Shown: positions 23,879 through 32,614, counted from the first letter of the stretch. The stretch is 64,000 bases of DNA from Blastocladiella emersonii ATCC 22665 (GCA_025594325.1 JANHCV010000009.1:1488001-1552000), one strand, 5' to 3'. Notes: a model not told the origin generated them from the letters alone. Program-made: numbers and translations.

Positions 23879-24906
23879 TCAGCCGCCTTGTGGCCGTAGC
23901 CCTTGCAGTTGTAGCACTTGATGTCGGTGAGGGCGCGGCCCTGGTGCGCCGCCGCCCGCTGCCGAATCGCGCCAACGTCCATGGCGTCCGGGTCCGGGAC
24001 GAGCTCGGCCGCGACGCCCGTCGCCCCGCCCTCGTGCACCAGGAAGTGCTCGACCATCTTGTCGAAACGGTAGCCCTTGCGCAGCGAGGCGAAGGCCACG
24101 TCCGCGGCCAGCGGCGAGTTGCCGGCCGTGACCACCAGGTAGAACTGCATCGCCAGCTCGCTGAGCGCGCGGTAGCCTGCACCGGACGCGGTCTGGCGGA
24201 ACTTGGAGACGAAATCGCGCGCCGGCATGGCGCCGCGCACGTACTTGAGGTTCTTGAGCTCGTGCGCGTACTCGGTCTCCGACTTCTCGGCCGGCTGCGT
24301 TGACTTGACGAGGGAGATGTAGGCGTTGAACGAGCCGTAGTCCTCAAACTTGGACCCGGCCATCGCCAGCTCCACGGCCTCGAGCACCTTGCCTGTCAGC
24401 TTGCCGTGGAAGTGCGCAATCTTGAACTTCTCCGGGACGTTGAACGTGAGCTGGAGGATGCTCTCGTACTGCGTGATGGCGCTCTTGACCTTGAAGTTGA
24501 CGCCGTCAACCGAATTCATGCGCATCAGCGCGTGCATCGCGGCCGGCGTGAAGCCATCAACGCCCACGCCCGGCCCGCGCGCGCTGCTGACCTGGATGCT
24601 GTCGAGCTCGCCCTGCAGGATACCGTTGAGCGGCTGGCTCTGCTGCGTCTGCCGCAGCTCGACCTCGAGCGCATACGCGCGGCGCTCCGCCGTCTCGGCG
24701 CGCCGCTCGGCCGCGACCGCGCGGGCCTCGGTCGACACGCCCAGTTGCCAGTAGTCGCTGGCGACGTTGAGCGCGAGGAAGACGAGCTTGGCTTTGTCCT
24801 CGTACGGCATGACCAGGTCGCGCCACGGCGCGAGCTGGTACTCGGGGACAATGGCCGCAACGTCAAACGTCGCCAGCTTTTCGAGGAACTGTGCCGGCGT
24901 TATCAT
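23830..24906 (-). CDS. gag: Gag with CCHC zinc knuckle
   Basis: CYNCKGYGHKAADC near the C-terminus; overlaps pol in the -1 frame; likely ATG at 24906. Confidence 0.9.
   Translation of the reverse strand: MITPAQFLEKLATFDVAAIVPEYQLAPWRDLVMPYEDKAKLVFLALNVASDYWQLGVSTEARAVAAERRAETAERRAYALEVELRQTQQSQPLNGILQGELDSIQVSSARGPGVGVDGFTPAAMHALMRMNSVDGVNFKVKSAITQYESILQLTFNVPEKFKIAHFHGKLTGKVLEAVELAMAGSKFEDYGSFNAYISLVKSTQPAEKSETEYAHELKNLKYVRGAMPARDFVSKFRQTASGAGYRALSELAMQFYLVVTAGNSPLAADVAFASLRKGYRFDKMVEHFLVHEGGATGVAAELVPDPDAMDVGAIRQRAAAHQGRALTDIKCYNCKGYGHKAADCPSPPRSSSGNASRA
23845..23851 (-). promoter_or_regulatory. -1 ribosomal frameshift slippery heptamer G GGA AAC
   Basis: X XXY YYZ heptamer in the gag frame within the gag/pol overlap; the -1 frame is pol. 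Confidence 0.8.
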
Positions 24907-24949
24907 TTTGCCGTCGTGGAAGAAATCACCGCTCGGAGGGGGTTTTACG

Positions 24950-24958
24950 GTGATACAA
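24950..24958 (-). promoter_or_regulatory. Self-priming PBS (TTGTATCAC), Tf1/sushi type
   Basis: No TGG tRNA-type PBS; the 9-mer is complementary to GTGATACAA inside the LTR (plus coordinates 25022-25030). Confidence 0.7.
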
Positions 24959-24960
24959 AG

Positions 24961-25134
24961 TGTAAGGTGCCGAGGGGGAGGGTCTTGTGCCACGAGGAAT
25001 GACTAGCCGGATAATGAAGGATTGTATCACGAATGACAAGAGAGAGGGAGAGCGAGGGCAACGCTCGGCTTATGAGGGACTGCGCCACCAGCCCGCGCCA
25101 CCAGCCCGAGCCGTCGGATCACTGAACCGTGACA
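24961..25134 (-). repeat. 5' LTR (174 bp)
   Basis: Direct repeat of 19844-20017. Confidence 0.95.
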
Positions 25135-25139
25135 CACGG

Positions 25140-26359
25140 TCGGCTCCCTGGTCCTGGCAGACGCGGCCGTGACCAACGCCAAGCTGGCAACTGGCATTGA
25201 TGGGGGCAAGCTCAACGTTGGGTCCATTGGAACAGCCCACCTGGCAGCAGGCGCAGTCACGGACGCCAAGGTTGCGGACGTGTCGGCGGTCAAGCTCACT
25301 GGGATCCTTGACCCTGCCCGCATCGCCGACGGGACCCTGACCAACGCCAAGCTGGCATCTGGCATTGACTCGGCCAAGCTCGCAGGGACCATTGATCTGG
25401 CACGACTCCCCGACGTCTCGGCCAAGGTCACGGCGGTGAGCGCAGCCTTGGTCGCTGGCACGCTCCCCCAGTCCACCCTTGGACTTGGCGCTGCCTTTGC
25501 CTTTGCAAATACGACGGACAGCTCAACGTCAAGTACTGGAGCAGGCACCATTGCTGGTGGTCTTGGAGTTGGCAAGCAACTGACTGTGCCCAACATCCTG
25601 GTCCGGAATGCCACAAGCGCAAACCTTGTCTTTGACTTGGCTGCCAATACATTGACGTACGTCAACTTTAAGCAGGCAGGCGTACTGCGAAGCAACCTGG
25701 CATGCACAGCGGCGGGTAACATTGAGATTGCGTCTGCGACCACGGGCGGGGTCTCCCTCGTGGCAGGTGGCGGCAATGTGGTTGTGGGCTCAGCGACGCT
25801 TGGCACAGAAAGGCTCCGCGTCAATGGCACTGGTCGCTTCACAGGGCAGCTCACCCTTGACCTCGCTCCAGTGGCAGGCACCGACGCGGCAAACAAGGCG
25901 TACGTTGACTCGCAGTCCGGCACGACCCGGTACGTCGCTCAGGCCGAGCACCGCTCTACAAACGGAGTGACCACAGGCGGCAAGATCATTGGCGGCACAG
26001 CATCGACGGGCCCGGCCACCTTTGCGTTCCAGTCCACGGCGGGCGCGTTCACGTCTGTGATCAATGGATGCGTCAAACCCCCTGTCAGTGGCTACTACCT
26101 CGTCCATGCAAAGGGCTACTACGCAAACGGCGCGCTCCCTGGAGCCCACACTGTGAACTTTGCGCTGTACAATATGACGGACATGATTGCAGTGTTGCTT
26201 GTCACCGGGTGCCGCGCTGAAGGCAACGTCCAGTTCCTTCAGTTCTCGAGCATTGAGTACCTTGACGTGGCCAAGAGCTACTCTTTCATCTGGATCCCGT
26301 CAGTCGCAGTTGCCAACGACTGCCAGGTCATCATTCAAAGCCACTGGACCCTGCTCTAA
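25140..26359 (+). CDS. Fibre-like protein, 3' part (reconstituted protein 647 aa)
   Basis: More VTxAKL repeats, then TTDSSTSSTGAGTIAGGLGVGKQLTV and PVAGTDAANKAYVDS, motifs typical of phage and giant-virus fibre proteins; C-terminal globular-like domain. Confidence 0.7.
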
Positions 26360-27468
26360 AGCCCGCGGTCCCACTTTTCTTGGACTTGGACTGGGACGCG
26401 CCTGACCCGGGTCGAGGGCTCCCTTGGCGTGACTGGGGTATGCGCAACAGGGAGCCTTGGAAGACCTGGACCTACGCGCTGCCTTGTTGGCGGGTCCTGG
26501 GTCGCTGTGACTGGCTGGACGTCGCTGCGTGGATAGAAGCCCTTGAGGCCTTGGACCTTGTAGCTTGGATTGCTCACGCCTGACCCCTTGCGCACGACCT
26601 GGACCTGGCTCACAGTTGTCGACCAGACCGGCTTCCCCTTGGCCTCCATGGCAGTCTTGTACGGCTCGCGGACTTGGACCTGGGTCCCTACCTTCAACAA
26701 TGCGCTCAGAGGGTCGCCCTCGGGCTTGCCCTTGGCAGCTCGGATCTCCTTGAGCTCTTGCTTGGCCGTTTCGCGGGGCATGTCATGGAACGCGTTGGGT
26801 GCCTTGCTTGTGGCCCTCGACTTGCTGCTGTTGATCACAGATTCAATGGTCTCGAGGTGCTTGGGCCAGTTGTTGTTGCCCGGGATGGACAGCCACAGTG
26901 TGAGCATCCGGCGGATGGTCCCGTTCATACGCTCAACGACACCTTGACCGTATGGCACTCCTGCCTTACCCTTGATGTGCTTGGCCTTGGTCCCGGCCTC
27001 TATGCCAAAGAACTCGGTCCCATTGTCTGTCTGGATCGTGGCAGGTGCAAGGCTGTGCTTGGCAACCACGCTGGACCATGCTTCCCGCGTCTTGTCCTTG
27101 GTCTTGATGGGTTGGAGGTAGACGCGGCGGCTTGCCAGGTCGACACACGTGAGAATGTAACGGAAGCCCTTGTACGTACCGTTTTTGCCCATGTCAATGA
27201 GGTCGAGCTGAAAGTTGCGGCCAGGACTTGTTGAGTTGATGCTTCGAATGTCTCGGCGCTTCTGAGGTGCGCGTTTGTACTGCTGCCACACAGACTGTTC
27301 ACCAAGCCATCTCTCAAGCTGGGCGCGGTAGATGTGCTTCCCTGTGTGCTCTTGGTCAACAATGTCAAAGAGACGCCGGACCCCAACCCCAACATGGCCG
27401 CGTTTGTAGTACAAGTCTTTCAGGTACTTGGTCTGTTCAGCAGTCAAATGTTCTTCGTGTGGATACAT
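26356..27468 (-). CDS. Polinton/Mavirus-type retroviral-like (rve, DDE) integrase, 370 aa
   Basis: LYY..G N-terminus, FQLDLIDM, YILTCVDLASR, IQTDNGTEF, GVVERMNGTIRR, W...L..I...N, KVGTQV..KG...WS; DDE residues intact; stop overlaps the fibre stop codon. Confidence 0.9.
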   Translation of the reverse strand: MYPHEEHLTAEQTKYLKDLYYKRGHVGVGVRRLFDIVDQEHTGKHIYRAQLERWLGEQSVWQQYKRAPQKRRDIRSINSTSPGRNFQLDLIDMGKNGTYKGFRYILTCVDLASRRVYLQPIKTKDKTREAWSSVVAKHSLAPATIQTDNGTEFFGIEAGTKAKHIKGKAGVPYGQGVVERMNGTIRRMLTLWLSIPGNNNWPKHLETIESVINSSKSRATSKAPNAFHDMPRETAKQELKEIRAAKGKPEGDPLSALLKVGTQVQVREPYKTAMEAKGKPVWSTTVSQVQVVRKGSGVSNPSYKVQGLKGFYPRSDVQPVTATQDPPTRQRVGPGLPRLPVAHTPVTPREPSTRVRRVPVQVQEKWDRGL

Positions 27469-27489
27469 TTACAACAAAGACAACAAAAG

Positions 27490-28659
27490 TTACTCGGGCT
27501 TCACACGGTTGGTGTAGTACTTCTCGGACACCTTGGACGTGTGACCCATCTCATGGCAACGCTGCTCGCGCTCCAGCCATGGCACATTGGCACCCTCGGT
27601 TGTGACAACACGTTGGACCTTCTGCACGCCGCACTTCTTGTCCATGAGATCCAAAATTGTGCGGTCAATGGACTTGTTCCAGGTGTTGCGGAGACGCTTG
27701 TTGACCTCCTTGCTGGCCAGGTCCTCAATGGTGCGGTTGATGAACACAAAGTCATGGCCCTCTGCCTTGCGCTTGGCAATGACACGCTCCAGGGTGGCTG
27801 CCACCTCGGGGTTGGGGATGACGTGTGAGAACTCGTGGCCGCGACCCTCAGTCTTGACACAGATTGGACCTGCCACAGTCTTGGTCTCCGGGTTGTAGTG
27901 CGGGTACTTGTTGTTGGGACTTGTGGTCAGGTACGCCATGTCGCTGCGCGTGGCAGTCATGACCTGGAGGTACACTTGGAGCTTGGTCATGGGCCCCTTG
28001 CCCTGGAGCATCACCCAGTTCTCAGCAGCAACAACAGCAGCCAGGAGGTCGTCACTGCTTGGGAGCGTCCCTGCCTCTTCAGCATTGCGCTTCTCATGGG
28101 CAGTATCAGCGTCCTGCTTCTTGGCCTCCGTGTACTTGGCCCCAAGTTCAGTCCACCCGTTCCAGGTGCAGTACTTGGCCAGGGCCTTGAGCGTCTCGAC
28201 CTGCAGTCCCTGGACGTTCTTGGACCCCTTGGTCGCGCGGTAGGTGGCCACAGCCTTGGACACGGCCTCGAAGTCCTGGATGTCCAGACCCAAGGCGGCA
28301 AAGGCAAGGAGCATGCGAGCCGTCTTGGCCTTGTTGTCGGCGTCCAGCTCGGCCGGCTCCCCGTTCTTGTTCACCACGGGCGCGTCGACACACGCAGTAA
28401 TGGACTCTTTGGTCAGCTCAGCAAACTTGACTTGGGGCGGCTCCGGGGTGTCAACTTCCATGGGAGTGACTTGCTGATCGGTGCCGTGGTCTGGGTCGTG
28501 TGACTTGACGGTCTTGAGTCGCGCGTCCAAGTCCTTGAAGCGCTTGTCAATAGACCCAAATACGGGCTGGATCTTGTCCATGACTTGCTGCACCACGTCT
28601 GCGGCAACATGCTGAGCGAGGGCAACGGCGACATGGGAGGCAAGAGACTCGAGCGACAT
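27490..28659 (-). CDS. Divergent tyrosine recombinase, 389 aa
   Basis: Catalytic-like order R (MTATRSD), K (VKT), R (QKVQRV), H (EMGHT), Y (SEKYY); the HxxR histidine is not evident. Confidence 0.7.
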   Translation of the reverse strand: MSLESLASHVAVALAQHVAADVVQQVMDKIQPVFGSIDKRFKDLDARLKTVKSHDPDHGTDQQVTPMEVDTPEPPQVKFAELTKESITACVDAPVVNKNGEPAELDADNKAKTARMLLAFAALGLDIQDFEAVSKAVATYRATKGSKNVQGLQVETLKALAKYCTWNGWTELGAKYTEAKKQDADTAHEKRNAEEAGTLPSSDDLLAAVVAAENWVMLQGKGPMTKLQVYLQVMTATRSDMAYLTTSPNNKYPHYNPETKTVAGPICVKTEGRGHEFSHVIPNPEVAATLERVIAKRKAEGHDFVFINRTIEDLASKEVNKRLRNTWNKSIDRTILDLMDKKCGVQKVQRVVTTEGANVPWLEREQRCHEMGHTSKVSEKYYTNRVKPE

Positions 28660-28699
28660 GGTTTACTGACTGTCAACAAAAAGGCTCCATGGGCTCAAG

Positions 28700-28713
28700 T
28701 GCGTTTGAACGCA
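28700..28713. promoter_or_regulatory. Imperfect palindrome GCGTTTGAACGC, 41 nt upstream of the YR ATG
   Basis: Matches the palindrome at 29424-29435, which lies at almost the same distance from the helicase ATG. Confidence 0.55.
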
Positions 28714-28784
28714 ACGTTCTTTTTTCTGGGTAGCTGGGCCTGGGTCAGGGTCAGGGTGGTGGCAAGTCATGGACCGTGGGAGGG

Positions 28785-29301
28785 CCCAGGTCACGGTTTG
28801 AGAGGGTTGTGACCTCAGCCTCTGCTGGCGCCCAAGTCGGGGTCATGGGGGGGGGGGTGGAGGTCCGGTTCTTTGCCCTCAGTTGCGTCCCAGGTCACGG
28901 TTTGAGCGGATTGTGACCTCGGCCTCGACTGGCTCCCAAGTTGAGCTCATGGGGGGTTCGTGACCTTGGCCTCTGCTGGCGCCCAAGTCGGGGTCATGGG
29001 GGGGTGGAGGTCCAGTTCTTCGCCCTCAGTCGCGTCCCAGGTCACGGTTTGAGCGGATCGTGACCTCGGCCTTGACTGGCTCCCAAGTCGGGTCATGGGG
29101 GGGTGGAGGTCCGGTTCTTCGCACTCAGTCGCGTCCCAGGTCACGGTTTGAGCGGATTGTGACCTCGGCCTCGACTGGCTCCCAAGTCGGGTCATGGGGG
29201 GGGTGGAGGTCCGGTTCTTTGCACTCAGTCGCGTCCCAGGTCACGGTTTGAGCGGATTGTGACCTTGGCCTCTGCTGGCTCCCAAGTTGGGCTCATGGGG
29301 G
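28785..29301. repeat. Tandem array of ~100-bp units, each with AGGTCAC-N14-GTGACCT and a variable G-run
   Basis: AGGTCAC at 28788, 28892, 29039, 29138 and 29238 (spacings 104, 147, 99, 100); units near-identical. Confidence 0.9.
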
Positions 29302-29423
29302 AGGTCGTGTCTGGGTCAGGGTCAGGTCACGCAAGGGCAGCTGGGCCTGGGTCAGGACAGTGGCAAGTCATGGGCCATGCCAACAAGGGCTCCCGGGGCA
29401 CAGTCATTAACGCTAAATCCTGC

Positions 29424-29435
29424 GCGTTTAAACGC
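29424..29435. promoter_or_regulatory. Perfect palindrome GCGTTTAAACGC, 40 nt upstream of the primase-helicase ATG
   Basis: Seen directly; mirrors 28701-28712. Confidence 0.55.
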
Positions 29436-29475
29436 ACCTGTCCTGTCACCTTTTCTGTTACCTCATCATAACAAC

Positions 29476-32466
29476 ATGCCTTGCAAGCAGGTTCCCGGTA
29501 AATATGGCACCGCCTTTGGTCTCAAGTGGTTCCATGGCAAGGATGGTGGCGACAGCAACATGGGCCCTCAGCGCACGCTCTTGTCTGAGCTGCAAGACAA
29601 CGAGACGGTCATCAAGCGCCTCGTTGACAAGGGCGTTGACAAAAATGGCCAGCCCATTGCAGCACACTACTTTGCCAAGGTCAAGACAGCCGACCTGGCC
29701 GGGCTCCTCGACAAGAACCGCTGCATCCAGGAGATGGTCCACCCCGATCGCCTGTCCAAGGTCTACTTTGACATTGACTGCCCAGGCAACCGCAAGGACG
29801 TGACCCTGGACGTCATCAAGAAGGTCATCCTGACCCAGTTCCCCAGCGCCAACCTCCAGGTCTGCGGCTACGAGACGGACCTCAAAAAGTCGTGGCACAT
29901 TGTCATCAGCAACTACACGGTCACGCTCAAGGACATGCCGTTCCTGAAGCTGTTCTGCAGCCACCCCGACCACGTCAAGCTCGGCTTTGACTCCAGCGTG
30001 TACAGCAAGCACCGCTTCATGAAGTGCATCAACCAGTCCAAGCCCAAGAAGACGCCCGGCGTGTGGATCTTGGGCAACAAGGACCGCCTGTCCAAGCACT
30101 TGATCCAGTGCGACTTTGACCCCAACTGCGTGCCGGTCTCGGACCTGTCCTTTGAAGAGTTTGTGTCTGCTGAGGCCAAGGCAGCGCAGGCCAAGCGCCA
30201 CGAGGGTCGCCTCGACTTCAACCTGGACATTCCCAAGTTTGAGGGTGTGACGATCGACCCCAACTTCTTCTACTACGACGCCACGCCACTCGAGATCCTC
30301 CACAACATCCCCATCAGCCCCGAGAACGCGTTCCACAACAACGTGACCTGGCGGATCATGACATGGGCCATGCACAAAGGGGTCACATTTGACCAGTTCT
30401 GGGCGTGGACGTCGCAGCAGGACAACTCGGCTCAGCGCATGCAAAAGTACTGGGACCGGTGGAACGAGATTGCCAGCAACGACAACTACCAGGTACCAGA
30501 CAGCTTGATCAAGGGCATCTTTCTTGCCCGCTTCCCGGACGCGTTCAAGTCCAAGGCCATGAAGCAGTTCAAGGAGTCGCTCCAGGTACCTGTGGACGTG
30601 ACCAGCAAGGAACTGTACCTGTCAGGTGACGACATTACAACTGCCAAGTTCAACGTGCTGGCTGCGGGTATGGGCTCCAACAAGACGGGCGCTGTTTGCA
30701 ATTACATTGCCAAGTACCCTAATTCGCGCGTGGTCTGGATCACCCCTCGCATCACCCTGGCCCACAACACGGAGGGTTGGCTCAACAACGAACACAACCT
30801 TGGATTTGTCAACTACCGCAACGTTGACAAGAAGACCATGGGAGACAACAATCGACTCATTGTCTCGCCCTGTTCCCTGCACTACATCTCCAAGCCCTAC
30901 GACATTGTCGTGGTGGATGAGTCAGAAACGGTCCTCAAAATGTTCCAAGACGACACGCTCCACAAGACCTCTAAGGGCAACAACTTGGTTGCCAACCTCA
31001 TTGCCTTCAAGACGCTTTGCGAGCACAAGGACAGCAAGGGCATCTTCATGGACGCGTTCATCACAAACCTGACCATGGACGTCCTCCGCTCCTTTACTGT
31101 TGAGCACAACAACCTGACCATCATGAGTGGTAAGATCAAGGTGATCAAGAACAAGCTCCCCAAGAACTACGTGCCGTGCAAGATGACGTACATTGCCACC
31201 AAGAAGAACAAGGACCCAGCGCTCAGCCTACGCGCTGAGGACGTCATGGAACGCAACATCATCCAGGACCTGCAAGATGGCAAGAAGCTCTACCTGTTCA
31301 TCCCGCGCAAGATCGACCCCAAGTCCATCTGGTCAGTCCAGACCTTTGGCGAGCACCTTGAGCGGGTCATGGGTTGGAAGATTGGCGAGGAGATCAAGGT
31401 GTACCACGGCGACCGTCCTGCTGACAAGTCCAAGGAACTTGTTGACCCTGACACTGTTTGGGGCAAGGAGACGGTCCGTGTGGTCATTGCCAACCTCAAG
31501 ATCACCGTTGGTGTCAACTTCTCGGAGAAGCGCAAGTTCGACAAGGTGTACGCGCGCTATGAGTCCTGGTTCCCAATCCGCGACTTCTTCCAAGCAATCT
31601 ACCGCGTGTGCAACCCCATTGACAATGAGATTGTGTTCATGGCCCAATCCAACGGTCGCAGCGCGTTCATCAACCGGACCATGGTCATCAACACCTTCCC
31701 AATTGGCGACATGCACAGCGCCATTGTCAAGAACTTGGTGCTTGAGAACAAGATGGCTGCAGTGACTGCTCGCCACCTTGTCTTTGACGAGTTCCGCAAG
31801 ATTGCCAACATTGTCATTGACAACTGCCCCAAGTACTACTACGAGGTGCACCCCGAGATCAAGGAGGTCATTCACTCGGGCTGGTCCTTTGACTGGGCAA
31901 ACGTCAAGCTGCCATCTGAGGAGGTCATCGACAATCACGTGAATGGCTGCCTTGACAAGCCAACCTGGACCACCTGCCTCTCAATCCGCAAGAGCTTCTT
32001 TGTCCACACATTCAAGGGCCTGACCGAGGCCGACATGGAGTTCATCTGGGACAGCAACGCCAAGGGGTTCATGGAGCAGATCAAGCACTTTTACACCAAG
32101 GACGCGGCCCACGTCCTGCACAAGATCCTGGAGCACAACAACATGGACCTTCGCACAGCCGAAAAGTTTGACATCCATGCAACTGTCCCTGCCAAGTTCA
32201 ACAAGGGCATCAACAAGTACTTCAAGCGGGTCTGGGCTGGCTGTGGTGGCAACGCTGCCATGCTATCCCAGCTGCTCAACACCTACTTCAACAAGAAAAT
32301 CACCCAGAGCGACAAGGAGAAGCCCCAAGTTGAGATTGCTGGCAAGCGCTACACTAACTTTGAGTGGACAGACAACCACAAGTACTTTGCCCTGTACAAG
32401 ACCTGGACCACTGCTCCAGCCAAGTTGGCGCCGTTTGTCCTCGAGCTGGACCTGGACGAGCTCTAA
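29476..32466 (+). CDS. AEP (PrimPol/UL52-like) primase + PriCT-2 + UL9/origin-binding-protein-like SF2 helicase fusion, ~996 aa
   Basis: AEP motifs VYFDID, KSWH, FDSSVYSKHR; W-rich PriCT-2-like region; helicase motifs AGMGSNKT, ITPRITLA, VVVDESE, MDA, ITVGVNF, QAIYRV. Confidence 0.85.
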   Translation: MPCKQVPGKYGTAFGLKWFHGKDGGDSNMGPQRTLLSELQDNETVIKRLVDKGVDKNGQPIAAHYFAKVKTADLAGLLDKNRCIQEMVHPDRLSKVYFDIDCPGNRKDVTLDVIKKVILTQFPSANLQVCGYETDLKKSWHIVISNYTVTLKDMPFLKLFCSHPDHVKLGFDSSVYSKHRFMKCINQSKPKKTPGVWILGNKDRLSKHLIQCDFDPNCVPVSDLSFEEFVSAEAKAAQAKRHEGRLDFNLDIPKFEGVTIDPNFFYYDATPLEILHNIPISPENAFHNNVTWRIMTWAMHKGVTFDQFWAWTSQQDNSAQRMQKYWDRWNEIASNDNYQVPDSLIKGIFLARFPDAFKSKAMKQFKESLQVPVDVTSKELYLSGDDITTAKFNVLAAGMGSNKTGAVCNYIAKYPNSRVVWITPRITLAHNTEGWLNNEHNLGFVNYRNVDKKTMGDNNRLIVSPCSLHYISKPYDIVVVDESETVLKMFQDDTLHKTSKGNNLVANLIAFKTLCEHKDSKGIFMDAFITNLTMDVLRSFTVEHNNLTIMSGKIKVIKNKLPKNYVPCKMTYIATKKNKDPALSLRAEDVMERNIIQDLQDGKKLYLFIPRKIDPKSIWSVQTFGEHLERVMGWKIGEEIKVYHGDRPADKSKELVDPDTVWGKETVRVVIANLKITVGVNFSEKRKFDKVYARYESWFPIRDFFQAIYRVCNPIDNEIVFMAQSNGRSAFINRTMVINTFPIGDMHSAIVKNLVLENKMAAVTARHLVFDEFRKIANIVIDNCPKYYYEVHPEIKEVIHSGWSFDWANVKLPSEEVIDNHVNGCLDKPTWTTCLSIRKSFFVHTFKGLTEADMEFIWDSNAKGFMEQIKHFYTKDAAHVLHKILEHNNMDLRTAEKFDIHATVPAKFNKGINKYFKRVWAGCGGNAAMLSQLLNTYFNKKITQSDKEKPQVEIAGKRYTNFEWTDNHKYFALYKTWTTAPAKLAPFVLELDLDEL

Positions 32467-32600
32467 GACGCTCCCTTGCCTGTTAAGACGCTGCCTGCTA
32501 AGACGCTCCCGTACCCTGACCACGTACCCTGACCCTTGTCCTGCCCAATACATTGATGCTGCTAAGACGCTCCCCTGCCTTGACCCCCCGTACCCTGACC
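32464..32600. repeat. Short iterated motifs TAAGACGCT (x4) and GTACCCTGACC-like (x3)
   Basis: TAAGACGCT at ~32464, 32484, 32499, 32563; TACCCTGACC at ~32512, 32525, 32591. Confidence 0.75.
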
Positions 32601-32614
32601 TCTTGTCTTTGAAA

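Larger units (their letters stand above)
19844..25134 (-). mobile_element. Intact Ty3/Gypsy chromovirus LTR retrotransposon (5291 bp)
   Basis: TG...CA 174-bp LTRs, identical by eye; 5-bp TSD CACGG at 19839-19843 and 25135-25139; gag and pol ORFs intact. Confidence 0.97.

Noticed and set aside
29118-29125. TTCGCACT, resembling the HSV UL9 binding box, within a repeat unit
   Set aside because: Present in only one unit (others read TTTGCACT, TTCGCCCT, TTTGCCCT), and no UL9-type DNA-binding C-terminus is recognisable; probably chance.
28785-29301. CRISPR-like array
   Set aside because: Units are near-identical along their whole length, with no unique spacers and no cas genes.
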